Assembly (NCBI GenBank): GCA_028023455.1
Contig: JAQFVV010000003.1
Location: forward strand, 682,001-746,000
Reading direction: 5' to 3'
Origin: Epiperipatus broadwayi
Taxonomy: Eukaryota; Animalia; Onychophora
DNA: 64,000 nt
Shown piece after piece: positions 13,701 through 27,271 of this stretch (its first letter is position 1; each line of letters opens with the position of its first letter). Position numbers and translations under genes: made by a program. Under the pieces are notes generated by a model. The model had not been told where the DNA came from and searched no databases. It saw nothing but the letters and a program-made list of their open reading frames with translations.

Positions 13701-16700
13701 AAATATCTCTTTTTTTTTTAGTTTTTCAAGACAAAGTGAGTTAGTTAAGTGATTGCCAATGAAAATTAACCATAAAGAATAAACACACATAAAGTAAAAT
13801 GAAACTTTCACTGTACAAAAAAAAAGAGTAGGAGAGAAATTTGATGAAATTACAATTGTTTGGCTATATATATTATTAAAAAATGACCAAAAGTTAAAAT
13901 CTGTAATTTTTTGATATTACATAAAGCCCTAATAAAAGAGTAAACACACTTAAAATTTCTGAAGAAACCATAACACAACTACAGAGCTATGACAATAATT
14001 TCTCATAATAGTAATTATGATGTTAACACAGAGCGTTTCAAATCTATATGGGAGTAACTCAAGATTTTATTTCAGTCATCATAATAATTCAGTTTCAAAT
14101 CCGTAGCATCAGTTCTAAAGTTTATTTTTACTAAGACAAATTACTTATGATAAGTTTAGTTTTTTTTTTTTAAATCTTAATATAATCCTTTTTTTAAATA
14201 AGTAATATATTGTTGTTTTATTAATAGTTTTATCCTTTATGATTCAGAGCAATGGCAAAATGGTGAATTCTAGAGATCATGTTACATGAATTGTAGCTTG
14301 GCTCTGACACTTACAGTCCTCAAACATATTATAAATTCCTGATAACTAAACTATTCAAATATTATTATTGTTAATCATTTTAATTATGGATTTTAATATT
14401 ATACTTAAATAATAATATGATATAGAATGAAAACAATTATAAAATACCATATGTAAATGCATACATTTTTAGAAATATATCACAAATCCAGAAGGTGCTT
14501 CTGATTAATGAAATGAAAACAAAACTAACAGAATTTCAATAATACTATGATTTTTCAGCTTTATAATCATATGATAGAATGAAAGGCTCTGACAAATTAT
14601 CACTAATAAATTAAAACATTTTTATTGCTTTGTAGAATGTCCAAAGCTGAGATTTTATCGAAACCACTCATAATTGATTATATCGTTCTAACTCCAAAAA
14701 CTAAAAAAAAAAAAAAAACAACAAAGAAAAAACACAAGGAACAAATGTTAAAAATGAGCTTGTTGATGATGGTATAAGCCAAATGTATAAACTACAAATA
14801 TCTTAACCCTTTAGTCTATTTATTTAACAGCTTGCAATATTGTCTTTCTTATTTTTTTTACAGCCAACACCTTGTTTAATTAACTCTCAAAATTATTTTA
14901 TTTTCAACAATATTATCTCAGTAAAAAAAAAATCAATATATCATCTTTTTAAAACGTCTTTCAATAAGCTCTATAATGCAAATGAGACTTATTTTCTTCA
15001 TTAAAGCATGCATAAATTTACTATAAATATTTTTTACAAAGTCTATTATTCTTCACATATCTAATTACAATTTCCATAATATTTACAAAATTTTACAGAA
15101 CACTACTGAATTTATTTTTTTTATGGGTTAATGTTGCACTATTAGTATATGTGTATCTCACATGAACACTGCAATAATTTGGTAGAATATAATTAATTTA
15201 TTTTAAAGCAATTATATCTCTATGATAAAATATTATTTGTTAAAAATAACAGCTGTGCACTGGAGTTTATGTTGCATCTCTAGACCCAAGCATGCCTTAA
15301 TATCCATAAATATATTATTGCATTTCAACAAATGCACTTTATATCTGAGTTTCTAAAAAATTTTCCATCATTCTGCAATAAAACTCCTACATATTTTAAT
15401 ATTAATTAGTAAAATAATGTTTTTATAGGTTGCATTCAAAATATTAAGAACATTATATATACCATCTTTTGAATTGGCACAATTGTCAGCATAATGTAAA
15501 TATAAAAACCAAGAGAATAAACCTTTTGCTTTTTTTTTTTAATCATTTCAAATTAAAAAAAAATTCATCAAGTCTACACCATATTTTGTTCCCTGCTAAA
15601 TGAATCTGAATATCTAACCTGTTCCAAATAATAATGGCATAAAACCTGTAAGTATATCATTACTATGATCAGTTTTTTTTTATATCAAATGGCTCAGATT
15701 TTCCAAAAACACCAACCAGAAAATACATCCTTACTATCATCAATTTTTTTAATGCCAAATGGCTCAAATTTTCTACCAGCAGTAATAATGCTTTCTTTTA
15801 TTTCATCATGGTAAAATTATAATAATATGAATAAATTTCAGATGAAATTTATAAAAGCAATATAAAAATACCTTTTAATTTTCACACTTGCAAAGCATTT
15901 GACTGCCAATAAAAAGCATGCTTCTTGAATTTTCCAAAACCACATTAAATGCTGGTAAAACATTTATTATGTCAAAATTCTATTTATTCAACAAATCAAT
16001 GAAGTACTTTGCTAAAGTGGATAACAATAATATTTCATTTTGATATTTATAGCTTTATCTCCATTATTTTTTTTATATATTAAACAAGAGAAGCATTATT
16101 TTGATCAGCTGGAATTTATATATTTCAAAACAATTCTGATAGTTAGGAAATATATCACCATGACATTTTAAGATAGGTTTTCATGAATTGCAACCTTTTT
16201 AATATTGCAAAAGATTATTTAAACATTAGTAAGCTGTGTATTTTTGTCCAAATCTAAATGAGTAGCTAAGATAGATATAGTTATAAAAACTCTCATATCA
16301 ATTATTATATTTTTATTCAAAAAATTACCAAATTATTCCTTCCATGTATTCAAAATATTATTATATAAAATATTACCATGAATGAATTTAATAGAGTAAT
16401 GATATTATAGGTTAGATTTGCATGCTACTTTCACTGCACCAGACAAAGATATAAGTAGCCATAATAAGCAAATCACTTACTTCATTGCAATTTTAATCCA
16501 TCAATCTTTAATAAAACTTATTGCCAATCATTAAACTTCATCTTTAAATTCTTATATTGTTGATAAAATAGAATTTTTTATTTATTATCCAATCAGAGAT
16601 TTTCATTGGTTTGTATATATAAAAACACGTTATTGCCAAAAGAAAATATTTACAGTTATAAATATACTCATATTTTTTTTTAATATTGCTTGCATACACT

Positions 16701-19700
16701 ATGACATGATATGAATCATAATATTAGTTTATGGTAAGATTTTCCCACACTTACTAATCATCAACAATTATCATTACTACTGATATAATACATTAATTAG
16801 AATTTATATCACCATCAAAATCACATACAATAACTTTTTAAACCTAGCATGATTACACAGACATATCAGAATGTCATGTCTTAAACTTGACACTTGTAGA
16901 AAATAAACACATAAGTGCATATTTTAATTATTTTATTTAAGATAGTAAATTTCTAATTGTTAAATAAATAAATGTGATGGTCTCATTATTCTGAAAGTGT
17001 TGATTATAACATAAACATTATATGGATCCGAATTGTTTGCAATATGTTTACATAGCAACAGATTGAAATTAATTGACTATTAATGTAAAGTTTATAGAAT
17101 TATTAATGCTAAGTGTGTGCAGAACTAAAATAAATGTGTTTTCTATTGGTGTTTATCACAAAGGACCCATGCAGTATCAATGTTTTATCCAGCATTGTGG
17201 CATGCAAAGGTTATGCAATCTGGATAGAATATCAGTAATATGTTTTAATATACAGAAAATATACTGTTGATAAATAACTTTTATATTGTTATAAGTAATG
17301 CCGGAAATGATTTAACATTTTACTAACCAGTTAAATCAGTAAGCTAAAATCATGGCTTGTAGTGCAGTTTAAAAATTAATTGGAGTAGGTTAAAATCAAA
17401 TCATCTTTAAAAATAAAAAACAAGGAGTATTGCTAGATAAATATTGGAATAAAGTAGGCCAAATATATTATTTGATCAAAGAATTTAGCACATTAATTAT
17501 AATATTGATTATATGTACCTAAGGAGAGATTATCGATTCAAATCTTAATTAAAAAACTGAAATAGCTTCAAAGAAAATATTATAACTTTGCATTCAGTTT
17601 AATTATTAATTTATTTAATGGATATCTTGATTTAACTTTAGTCAGATTAAGCAAAATGATCAGAAAAGCTAATGTTGTTACCATAGAATGCCAACAACTT
17701 AGAAACTATCACAAAGAAGATTTATTGAGCTGTAAAAAAAGTTAGTACTAAATTGAAAGGTATTTAAATATTAAGACCCAGTAATTATTAAATGAAGTAG
17801 AAAGACCTTATCTAACTTCTTCTAATTGTTACTTGAGGAATTTGAATTTTTTATGATAAATATTGAAGCAAGCAATACCTGCCAAATATGTATGCTAAAT
17901 TTAAATGGTACAGTTACTTACATAACTAAAAATAACAAGTAAAAAATATCCATGATATGATTGATGTACTGTTGAAAACAGAATATCTCACCTTAAAAAG
18001 CAAAACATACTTTGAAACTAATCTGACAATTAATAAAATTTGTGTACTTGTTCATCTTAATAAATATAAAAATTTCCTACACCAATGACGAGACCTTAAA
18101 ATTCTGACATGATGAATATAACCATTTGTGACTGACATCAAGAATTAGATTTATTCTGAGTTCATTATGTTCTTTTAAACTACAGATTTCATAAATAACA
18201 TTGTTATATGTGATATAACTATTAAATGTTTATAAGAGTAACATAATGAATGAAAGGCACTTGGTAACTAATTACAATAAGTAGTTATATTAATATCAGA
18301 CACAGCAACATATGAATCACAGAAATATGATAAATGGATATCATAGCGTAATAAATAAATTTCTTGTTAAAAAAAAATATGGTTAATGGCAGTTTATTAT
18401 TTATAAACCAAAAAAAAAAAAACTCATAAAGTTTCTTAATAAAAAAATGCCAGTAAATGCAGAATTAATATCATCAAAGGGTAACTTAATTGAATTTTAA
18501 GTAGCAAATCTTATTTCTTCTATTCCTGTTCTGCCACCTAATGTAAATTTGAGTAATATTAATTATTTTCTTAGACTGTCTATTATCTTCCATTACTTCA
18601 GCACATCCAAGTCATTTAATCTACTAGATATAAAAATATTAGGTATTAGGGGAGGATAAAAATTCTTATGGGATAGTGTTTGTTATTTTTTCCAACTTCA
18701 TGACCATAACCTAAGGTTCAAATGCAAGGTAAATAAGTTTAGGATTTTTTTTTTTCAGAACTAGCCAAGACGTTTAGATTTTTTTTCAGGTAGACAACCT
18801 AAGGTTAGTTACATATTCAGAAATGACTAGTAAATATATATTTAAGTATCATGAGCTATATGATAAGTAAATGCTGCAGCTTAATTAGGTTAATATTTGG
18901 CTGATTGTAAAGGTAAAAACATGGTTGTAATATGATGATATGGCCTTCATCTTTAATAAGGAAGATGTTATACTCTTTGTGTAAAACATAACAGTTGTTT
19001 ATTCTCTCTTCTTCAATGTCTTTTACAGAGCCAACGTTATCATAAATATGTAGACAAACATTCTTGACGATATATATATATATATGTATGACTGCATTAA
19101 TCCCAGTTCATTCAATAAATGATTTTAGACTACCTTTTTTTTTTTTTAATTTTTCTTATTAAAGATTTTTTTTAATGCTTTTTTTTTTTCGGACTTATTT
19201 TTTGCTTTATATGTACACAAATATAAACATAATTTATCATTGATCACGACTTATTCAAACAAAATAAAAATGCTAATAACAACTGAAATGCCTTTCTAGT
19301 TTAACATGTGTTTAGAAATAGTTTTTATGGCAAACAGTGAACTAACGTTGAACTTTGAACATATTGTACAATAAATAAATAATAATAAAGAAATATAAAA
19401 GTGCGAATATCTATTTACCAAAAAGTGAATGTTATAATACCATTAGTGAGGGGAAATGTTATTTCTTTTTAAAAAATTAACCATTTTCCAACAAAAACGG
19501 ATATATAAAAAAACTTACTTTGATTAATTTATTAACTTCATAAATAAGAACAACTCTGTAAAATAATTTAAAAAGCACGAAAGAAATGGAAAGTTTACAA
19601 ATGTATGCGTGTGTGTATCTATAAATTCGAATCAAAAAAATTGTGATTTTACTAATATGATTTAAAACAGATTCAAGTCAATCTAAAATGATAAGACACT

Positions 19701-20076
19701 ACAAAATGTCAAAGATTCTCATATAAGAATAAATGTAAAAGTAAAACCATGGGCTTAGAACTTATATGTGCATGATATTTTCCCCAAAAGAGTATTATAT
19801 ATCTATAATAAAGTTGATTTTTTTTTATTTTTAAAGTAAGATTATTAATGTTTATCTCCACTTTGCTTTTAAACCTTTATTCACTGTCTAAATAGAAAAC
19901 ATGTATGTGCATGGAATTCAAAAAGGACATGAATATAGCCAAGTACCCTGTAAAATTTTTATTTATTTAGCTATCAAAACAGTAGTGAAATTAAAATTTG
20001 AAAGATTTCAAAATTTTGTATTTTTTTCATATATATATATATTAATTTTAATATTCTAACAGATAAAAGATGAATT

Positions 20077-20211
20077 CATAGTATTATTTCTGTACATTCT
20101 TATGATTTGAGAAAGGAAAAAACTGAAGATAATAGTTGTTATTGTACAGAAATGTCATCTATTTAATTATTATATTTTTATTACACGGAATCTCTCAGGA
20201 AAAATACTATG
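20077..20211. mobile_element. MITE-like element (internally rearranged copy of 48803-48969)
   Basis: Termini CATAGTATTATTTC and GAAAAATACTATG, flanked on both sides by AATT. Shares TTGTTATTGTACAGAAATGTCA with 48893-48915. Confidence 0.6.
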
Positions 20212-20519
20212 AATTCATATATATATCCATAACAAAATTTAAAAGAGCTATGATTATGATATAGCATATATAATGAAATCATGCTAAGCATGAATAGAAG
20301 ATAAAATTTATAAACAAATGTCTACTTTTTCTGTGTTAAATGTTCGAACATTTATATTTTTAACATATACACTCACATTAATATATACATGCGCAACATG
20401 AAAAATTCAACTCTAGACCTTTTACACATCACTAAATTTTAAACACTTCACCAACATAACTTTCTTAACTTAAATTAAAATGATTTTCAGTATGACTAAC
20501 TTTCCCAGTTTATATTAAT

Positions 20520-21100
20520 AAAAGTGTCTTATTATTTGTTTCCAGCTCTAGAAACCTGAGTAAAATAGTGGACACTAGATGGCAATAAATCCATATATTT
20601 ATGAATTTCTAAGGGTCTATTAATATCACATTAAGATTTTTCATATTGAAAATAGATATCATTCTTCCAATAGTTTATTTAGTAATAAAAAACTTTTAAA
20701 TCTAGCCAAGGTATTCCATTGGGCTTATCCCTTAACATCACTGCTATTTGCAATATATGGAAACCCTATGAACACAGAAATTGGGCAGAGCACAAAAGGT
20801 CTCTTTCTTCCTCATCTTGGAACAACTCTTAAAAGTTTTTATCTTTTTTTGTTAATGTACTGATAGTCTTCAGAGACTTACAGACAATTTCTCTCATTTT
20901 TTATATTCTCAACACATTCCAAACAATAACAGGGTCTTCAATACAAGCTTGTAAATCACCCATGTAGAATATAGTTATAGATCATAATCTATCTACTATT
21001 TTCACATGTTCACACTCATCATTTTATGAAATTCCAAAAAAAAAACAACAACTAAAACACAATTAAATAAGCATCTAAATTATCTAGTTGTCAGCAAGTT
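20520..21100 (+). pseudogene. Degraded L1/Tx1-like RT fragment
   Basis: SQGIPLG..LTSLLFAIY (resembling G.PQG.PLSPLLF.I) at ~20705-20760, then KGLFLPHLGTTLK-like and TG..I..K-like remnants. Confidence 0.45.
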
Positions 21101-21236
21101 CAATACAAAATAAAAACTTTCTGCCCAAAATTGCCTTATTATATAATAAAAGTTCATATAATTAATGCTTTTCTGTGTGTTATACTTATCACTCCAGTCC
21201 ATACATGCATCTTTTTAGGTCAACTGTTAAAAATAT

Positions 21237-21709
21237 CTTGTAAGTTATAAACAATGAGGATTGCCAATTCATCTACAAGCTCTGGATAAGCATTTATCAC
21301 AAAGCTTGTAGAGGAATTGGAAACCTCATTGTTTATAACTTACAAGCTTAAGAGGTAGGGTAATGTGATCTATGACTCTTATTTTGCCTATTTATAGTCT
21401 CTGCCATAAGTCTTATGCAAATTTATATTGTAAGACTACTAATATATGGTATGGCTGAAGATCTATCAGCCCCATATAGCTATTTGAGTTCCACTCAATA
21501 GATAACTTTTAGATAAGTGCTTGGCTTTGGGTTAGTATTTATAGATCTAGTGTCTGAACCTACCCTGACACCTCTCTGAGGGGTGACAAAGTATGATACC
21601 ATGGTCAGAGATTTGGGAAGGGGTTCCTGACAGAAATATTTTAAATGCTGGCTCTGGCTAAGCATTTATCACAAAGCTTGTAGAGGAATTGGCAATCCTC
21701 ATTGTTTAT
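21237..21709. mobile_element. 372-bp monomer with ~58-bp terminal redundancy plus a short 5' inverted arm (retrozyme/pLTR-like architecture)
   Basis: Direct repeats at 21279-21336 and 21651-21709. Arm 21237-21281 is the reverse complement of 21303-21346. Confidence 0.6.
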
Positions 21710-22186
21710 GATATTAGTATCTTTCATTTTTTGTAGTAGTCCTTCAAAATGTATTTTCATACAGGGATTTGCAGTGAATATGTCATCCCCAGTAACATCC
21801 CTTATAACAAATAGGTAATATTGATCAATAATTAGTCTAATTTGAATATTATAATAAATAACTTCAATACAGTTTGTAATTTATTAAAAATTACTACTAA
21901 AATATTCACATATACAAAATAAAATAATAAAATAAAATAAAAAGTGAATGAAATACTAAATTCAGAGTTAAGCTTGAGGTACATAAGTTAGTAGTTTAGA
22001 GTCAGTGCAATGTAATATTATTTATCCTATCTTAAATAACTGAAACACAGGCTTGTTATATATCTGTGGCCATATATATGTAATATAGGGTATATGAGCA
22101 CAGAGTTTCACATCACCCACCTCTCTCCACTCTATCTAATAACACTGATACACCTAAACACATATATGCTGAAAAGATAAATAATC

Positions 22187-22230
22187 ACCAATATACGTAT
22201 TTCATGCTAAACCAGCAATCATCAGTTGGT
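22187..22230 (-). ncRNA. Minimal type I hammerhead ribozyme, intact
   Basis: gatagtc TGG ACCAA-CTGATGA-TTGCT ggttt AGCAT-GAAA-TACGTA-TA-TTGGT gattatt. Stem III is the palindrome ATACGTAT and stem I is extended with a TGG bulge. Confidence 0.9.
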
Positions 22231-22682
22231 CCAGACTATCATCTTTACACACATATATAGTATAAGTGCTCAGATATATATTAAGATAGACTATCCTCAT
22301 AGTTTAATGGACAGGCTTCAATCCACTCCACACTCCAACTCTTCAACCGTCCATCCAATTGAAAATCTGATGATGTAATGCTCAAAGGCCACCCTGAGGC
22401 CGAGATTATTGTCACACCCATGTTGACCTAAGGTCAATATGAACCCCACATGTACAGGACATAATACATTTAATACATATGCAAGGATGGGCAGACATCT
22501 CTATAATGTAATAACTGAAACACAGGCTTGTTATATACCTGTGGCTATATATATATATATATATATATAGGGTATATATATAGGGTATATGAGCACAGAC
22601 TTTCATTAAACTATGAGGATAGTCTATCTTAATATATATCTGAGCACTTATACTATATATGTGTGTAAAGATGATAGTCTGG

Positions 22683-22726
22683 ACCAACGGATGATTGCTG
22701 GTTTAGCATGAAATACGTATATTGGT
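22683..22726 (+). ncRNA. Hammerhead copy with a core mutation (CGGATGA)
   Basis: Identical to 23157-23200 except T>G at 22689 (U4), so probably inactive. Confidence 0.8.
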
Positions 22727-23156
22727 GATTATTTATCTTTTCAGCATATATGTGTTTAGGTGTATCAGTGTTATTAGATAGAATGGAGAGAGGTGGGTGG
22801 TGTGAAAGTCTGTGCTCATATACCCTATATTACATATATATCGCCACAGGTATATAACAAGCCTGTGTTTCAGTTATTACATTATAGAGATGTCTGCCCA
22901 TCCTTGCATATGTATTAAATGGATTATGTCCTGTACATGTGGGGTTCATATTGACCTTAGGTCAACATGGGTGTGACAATAATCCGGCCTCAGGGTGGCC
23001 TTTGAGCATTCCATCATCAGATTTTCAATTGGATGGATGGTTGAAGAGTTGGAGTGTGGAGTGGATTGAAGCCTGTCCATTAAACTATGAGGATAGTCTA
23101 TCTTAATATATATCTGAGCACTTATACTATATATGTGTGTAAAGATGATAGTCTGG

Positions 23157-23200
23157 ACCAACTGATGATTGCTGGTTTAGCATGAAATACGTATATTGGT
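23157..23200 (+). ncRNA. Minimal type I hammerhead ribozyme, intact
   Basis: ACCAA-CTGATGA-TTGCTGGTTTAGCAT-GAAA-TACGTA-TA-TTGGT. Confidence 0.9.
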
Positions 23201-23859
23201 GATTATTTATCTTTTCAGCATATATGTGTTTAGGTGTATCAGTGTTATTAGATAGAGTGGAGAGAGGTGGGTGGTGTGAAAGTCTGTGCTCATATACCCT
23301 ATATTATCCTATCTTTATAGGTTTTGAGGGCTCATATTGCTTCAAGCTACTATGACCCTAAATTTAGTAATAGCTTCATCAACTGCCACCTCTCTTTGCA
23401 TTTAATATGCAGCTTTGAAATTTACATTGCAGTAGTGTATAATTGGCCTAAGTTTATATACTGTCAAAGTATTTGCATATTTTTATTATTATTAAAATGC
23501 AGACAAGAAATTATAGAAAAATCTAAATCAGGGCATAATATTTGCAAAATATGCTTATCTTTGTCTCATATTACCTAATTCATATATAGGACCCAAGCCC
23601 ACATCATACCATAAAATGCAGATAATTCACAATATAAATTTACACAATCAAAAGCTATTTTTTTTGATCAGCATATATGTTAGTTTCAATAATAATTTTT
23701 TCATATATTTTTTATCAAATATAAATTCAAATAATAATTTAAAAATACATTCAAATAATAATTAAAAAATATATAAAAATAAATATTTACCATCGGCTCC
23801 CAATAATTTTTATCCCACAAAGCTCATTGGTATAATTTTTTTTTTTTTCCAATGTAATT

Positions 23860-24090
23860 TTTAGGGTGAATATTGTTCTGTTAACAATGAAAAAACAGAG
23901 AAAGACAAAAAAATTTAATTTACTTGATCACAAAAATTTTTAATTTTTATCGTAAAAAAGTAAAACTTACCTTTTCTGAAACTAGAAAGAAAGATGGAAA
24001 TGTAGGTGTAAAAAGCACATGTGTAGATTGCATAGATTTATGATATTTTCGAGCTTAAACCAGATGTTGTAATTTAAAAATTCATGGCAT
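23860..24090 (+). pseudogene. Possible PLE RT thumb relic
   Basis: NLPFL..ERKDGN..KST-like remnants with stops. Confidence 0.3.
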
Positions 24091-24108
24091 TTGTGTCTAT
24101 TAATTATT

Positions 24109-24844
24109 GAAGCTTACATGCCATTAGGAAAAATTTATATGATATTGTCAATTGGATTATTAGGACTTACTATCTGGACACATCATATATTTACAATTGA
24201 AATAGATATTCATACTGGAGCATATTTTACAGTGGTTACAATAATTATTGCTGTTCTAACAGGAATTAAAGCATTTAATTGACCTGCTACTATACATGGG
24301 ATTATAATATTTGAGTCTGCTTTATTATGAGCAATAGGTTTTATCTTTTTATTTACTATTGGTGGGATAAATGGAATTGTGTTGGTGAATTGTTTTTTAA
24401 ATATTATACCTGTTATGTTGTTGCACATTTCTATGATGTATTGTCAATAATTGCAGTATTTGCAATTTTTCGGGGGGGGGGGGGTCATTGATTACCTTTA
24501 TTTGTTGGGGTTAGAATAAATGCTAATTGATTAAAAATTCATTTTTTATCAATATTTTTAGGTGTAAATGTAACTTTTTTTCCTCAACATTTTTTAAAAT
24601 TATATGGAATACCTCATCGATATTCTGATTATCTTGATGTGTATATATTGTGAAATATTATTTTTTTAATTGGGAGTATAATTTCTTTAGTTTTTGTTTT
24701 GTTTTTATTGTTTGGGAAACATTAGTTATGAAGTAATTGGTTAGATGAGGAAGTCTTCCTTATATAGTTAGATTTTTAGAGTGAGATTATAGGATTCCTT
24801 CTTGTGATCATACATATAATAAGTTAAGAATATTAAATAATTAA
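24109..24844 (+). pseudogene. cox1: NUMT: 3' half of mitochondrial cox1, with frameshifts
   Basis: LG.[49 protein letters not shown] resembles cox1 helix VII-VIII. The C-terminus LEWDY.IPSCDHTY ends at TAA 24842-24844, and TGA reads as Trp. Confidence 0.92.
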
Positions 24845-24845
24845 T

Positions 24846-25280
24846 ATGGCAAAATGAAATGTGTTAATATTTCAAGTTGTGTCTTCTCCTTTAATAGAGC
24901 CGTTAATTTTTTTCATGATCATTCATTGTTAATTTTAATTTTAATTACTATTTTAATTGGATATAGGTTAATTAGTTTAATTTTAATTAAAAATTTAATG
25001 TGATTTTTATTGAAAGGACAATGGGTTGAGGTAATTTGGATAGTTTTACCTGTTTTTATTTTAGTATTTATTGCTTTTCTTTTATTATATTTTATATGTT
25101 AGATTAAGTTTCTGATCCATTTTAACTACTAAAATAGTAGGACGTCAGTGATATTGAAGATATGAACATAATGTTTTATTGATGTTGAGTTTGATTTATA
25201 TATAATTGGAATTGATGATTTAGAAAATGGAGAGTTTCATTATCTTGATGTTGATAATTGGTTAATTTTACCCTTTGTCT
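24846..25280 (+). pseudogene. cox2: NUMT: 5' part of mitochondrial cox2
   Basis: ATG GCA AAA TGA start, then FFHDHSLL, EVIWIVLPVFIL, KIVGRQWYW.YE and LDVDN.LILP. Confidence 0.88.
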
Positions 25281-27175
25281 GTCGATAATGTAGTGTTTAA
25301 AAACTATCAAAGATATTATCAAAATCATTGAAGTTTTTATAATAGATTAAAATATAGCATATCATTTTACCACCCTTGTTCCAATTCCAGTTTTTTTAGG
25401 AGAGAAACCTTAATTTCAAATACAGTAATAGTTTTTAATATCATTGTAAAGCAGGCAAGGCAATCATGAAGAATGAGAGCAATCATAATGCAACAGAACT
25501 AGGGATAGCTACTGCTTTTGTCTATGAACCTATAGTCTAATTTGTTGAATTGTTAACTGTTTTTCTCCTCTCCATTTGGTGTTAATTTAATTATAAATAG
25601 AGAAATACAAATTTTAAAAAATATTTATTTTGTTCTCCTCTTAGTCCATTTCATTGAACCCTACTTTATTACCTAAAGTAGCCTTTGCCTTTTGGAAATA
25701 AAAAAAACTTCCAAGTTTTTATATATTATCACTTAATCACAGGGGTAACTGTATGGCTAAGAAGTGACTTTGTGCAAAATAAATATCCAGCATCCCTTGT
25801 TCCATGAACAGAGTTGTCCTGAGGAGATAGGAATGGTGTAAACCCTCACATTCATCAAGGCCCTGGAACTGCATAATCTAAGTCTTTTATAAAAATAAAA
25901 AAAAAGAAATATTTTATCTTATGAAAAGTGAAACTACATTTCGTTTTTTGTCAAATCGCTGTAATTTGTAGGCCCTACACTGAATATCATATGTGAAATA
26001 ATACAATTGTAGAGGCAACTGATGTGGTAGTAAAGACTTTTCAGTTATGCATACTGTGTATACCTAAATTTTTTAGTGTTCTGGTCATGTTAATGTAAAG
26101 TCAGCCATCATTGGCATTTTTTTCTATTTAATCAGAATTAACAAAATCAAATTAAAATAGGATGATGATGTTAATGGATTCGCAACAAAACAATATGTAT
26201 ATAGTTGTTGTATTTTTTTTTTTTTTGCATTATAAGTATTTTTTGTTTTCTCAAATATTGATTTAATAAAATTGCACAAAATTATATTTATAATAAATAA
26301 GTAATTATTATACATTTATAAATATCAGTTTGAGAAATTTTAACATATCTCTATTTGCAGATAAAATATTTTTTATTTTTAAACATCTAAGTGATTTTTT
26401 TTAAATCATGTGAAAAGTCTCCCTCTTCCTGCATGAAAGTATTACTTTGGTCGGCTTTATATTAGGCCAGCTTTCCCCATGAAATAAAATTGTTAAATTA
26501 AAACCAAAATGAATTCTATACAATTTTGTTTAACAAAAGGCACAGAAAGAGTAGAATATTAGAAAATTATAAATATTTACACTTTTATTTTTTATTTACA
26601 TATTACGCCTGATTTTGGTGACAACAAAATAACTTGAGAAATTTTATATGTAATAAATAATGTTTAGTTTTAATTAGGTCAACTGTAACCAGTGTGTTTA
26701 TTACTTAGTTAAAAAATAACTTGTTTGTTATTGTCTTTCAATGGGAATTGTTTGTGCAAAACTTTACATTTGCTATTAACTAAATTAACTTCTTAAATAT
26801 TCTTTCAATAATGTAATATATGCATTTACTTCATGATTTAATTTTTTGTATGCTTGTTATTTCAGTATAATAACATAGTCATGCTATATAGTCTGACTTC
26901 TAGGGATTAAGGATATACATTACAGTTATTTAAGAGAAGAAATTTTTATACCTACCTTATTTATTCAATAACTTTTTAGAATCTATTACCATACCCTGAA
27001 CTTTCTTTGATTTAATTATAGATTATGATGATAACTAAAAAAAAATCAAGCAATTGTTTTCAAGTGATGTTATGTGATTGTTAAAATCAACATAGTAGCA
27101 TTAAATGATAATATCATTTTAATGAAATGCACACAATAATATCTTTTTAAAAACTGTTTTTTTAAAATAAGTCTA

Positions 27176-27271
27176 TTTCCTTGGATTTGGACTGTTATGT
27201 ATTTGGATAATATTATGGATCAATTAGATTTCTGAGCTATGCAATTCCATGACAGTCCAAATCTAAGGAAA
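27176..27271. repeat. Hairpin with 24-bp arms (MITE-like); a relic copy lies at ~2675-2765
   Basis: TTTCCTTGGATTTGGACTGTTATG pairs with CATGACAGTCCAAATCTAAGGAAA (2 mismatches). The internal TTATGGATCAATTA is shared with ~2707. Confidence 0.65.

Larger units (their letters stand above)
22034..23306. mobile_element. Non-coding 474-bp HHR monomer inserted as a head-to-head multimer (~1.2 copies minus strand plus ~1.5 copies plus strand) with a 12-bp TSD
   Basis: Period is 474 in the right arm (22604 vs 23078; 22681 vs 23155) and 475 in the left arm (22036 vs 22511). The inversion junction is at ~22604. TTATCCTATCTT occurs at 22022-22033 and 23304-23315. Confidence 0.9.
21965..23620 (-). pseudogene. 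piggyBac-family transposase relic, split by the HHR element
   Basis: Minus strand reads IMP..F..FLSAF*...VYKLRPIIHYCNVNFKAAY*MQREVAVDEAITKFR..SLKQY.PSKP|IKIG*IILHCTDSK. VDE lies at 23375-23383, and the reading resumes across the insertion at 22033-21965. Confidence 0.75.

Noticed and set aside
15560-16560. Possible transposase relic on the minus strand
   Set aside because: No motif could be assigned with confidence.
20123-20155. CTGAAGA...GAAATGTC HHR-like string
   Set aside because: Belongs to the MITE arm, and stems I and II do not form.
22368-22395. Second CTGATGA on the opposite strand of the 474-bp monomer (also ~23013-23019)
   Set aside because: No GAAA or stem I partner, so there is no evidence for a second-polarity ribozyme.
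24091-25280. Genuine mitochondrial contig or functional cox genes
   Set aside because: Frameshifts and non-conservative substitutions, embedded in nuclear repeat DNA.
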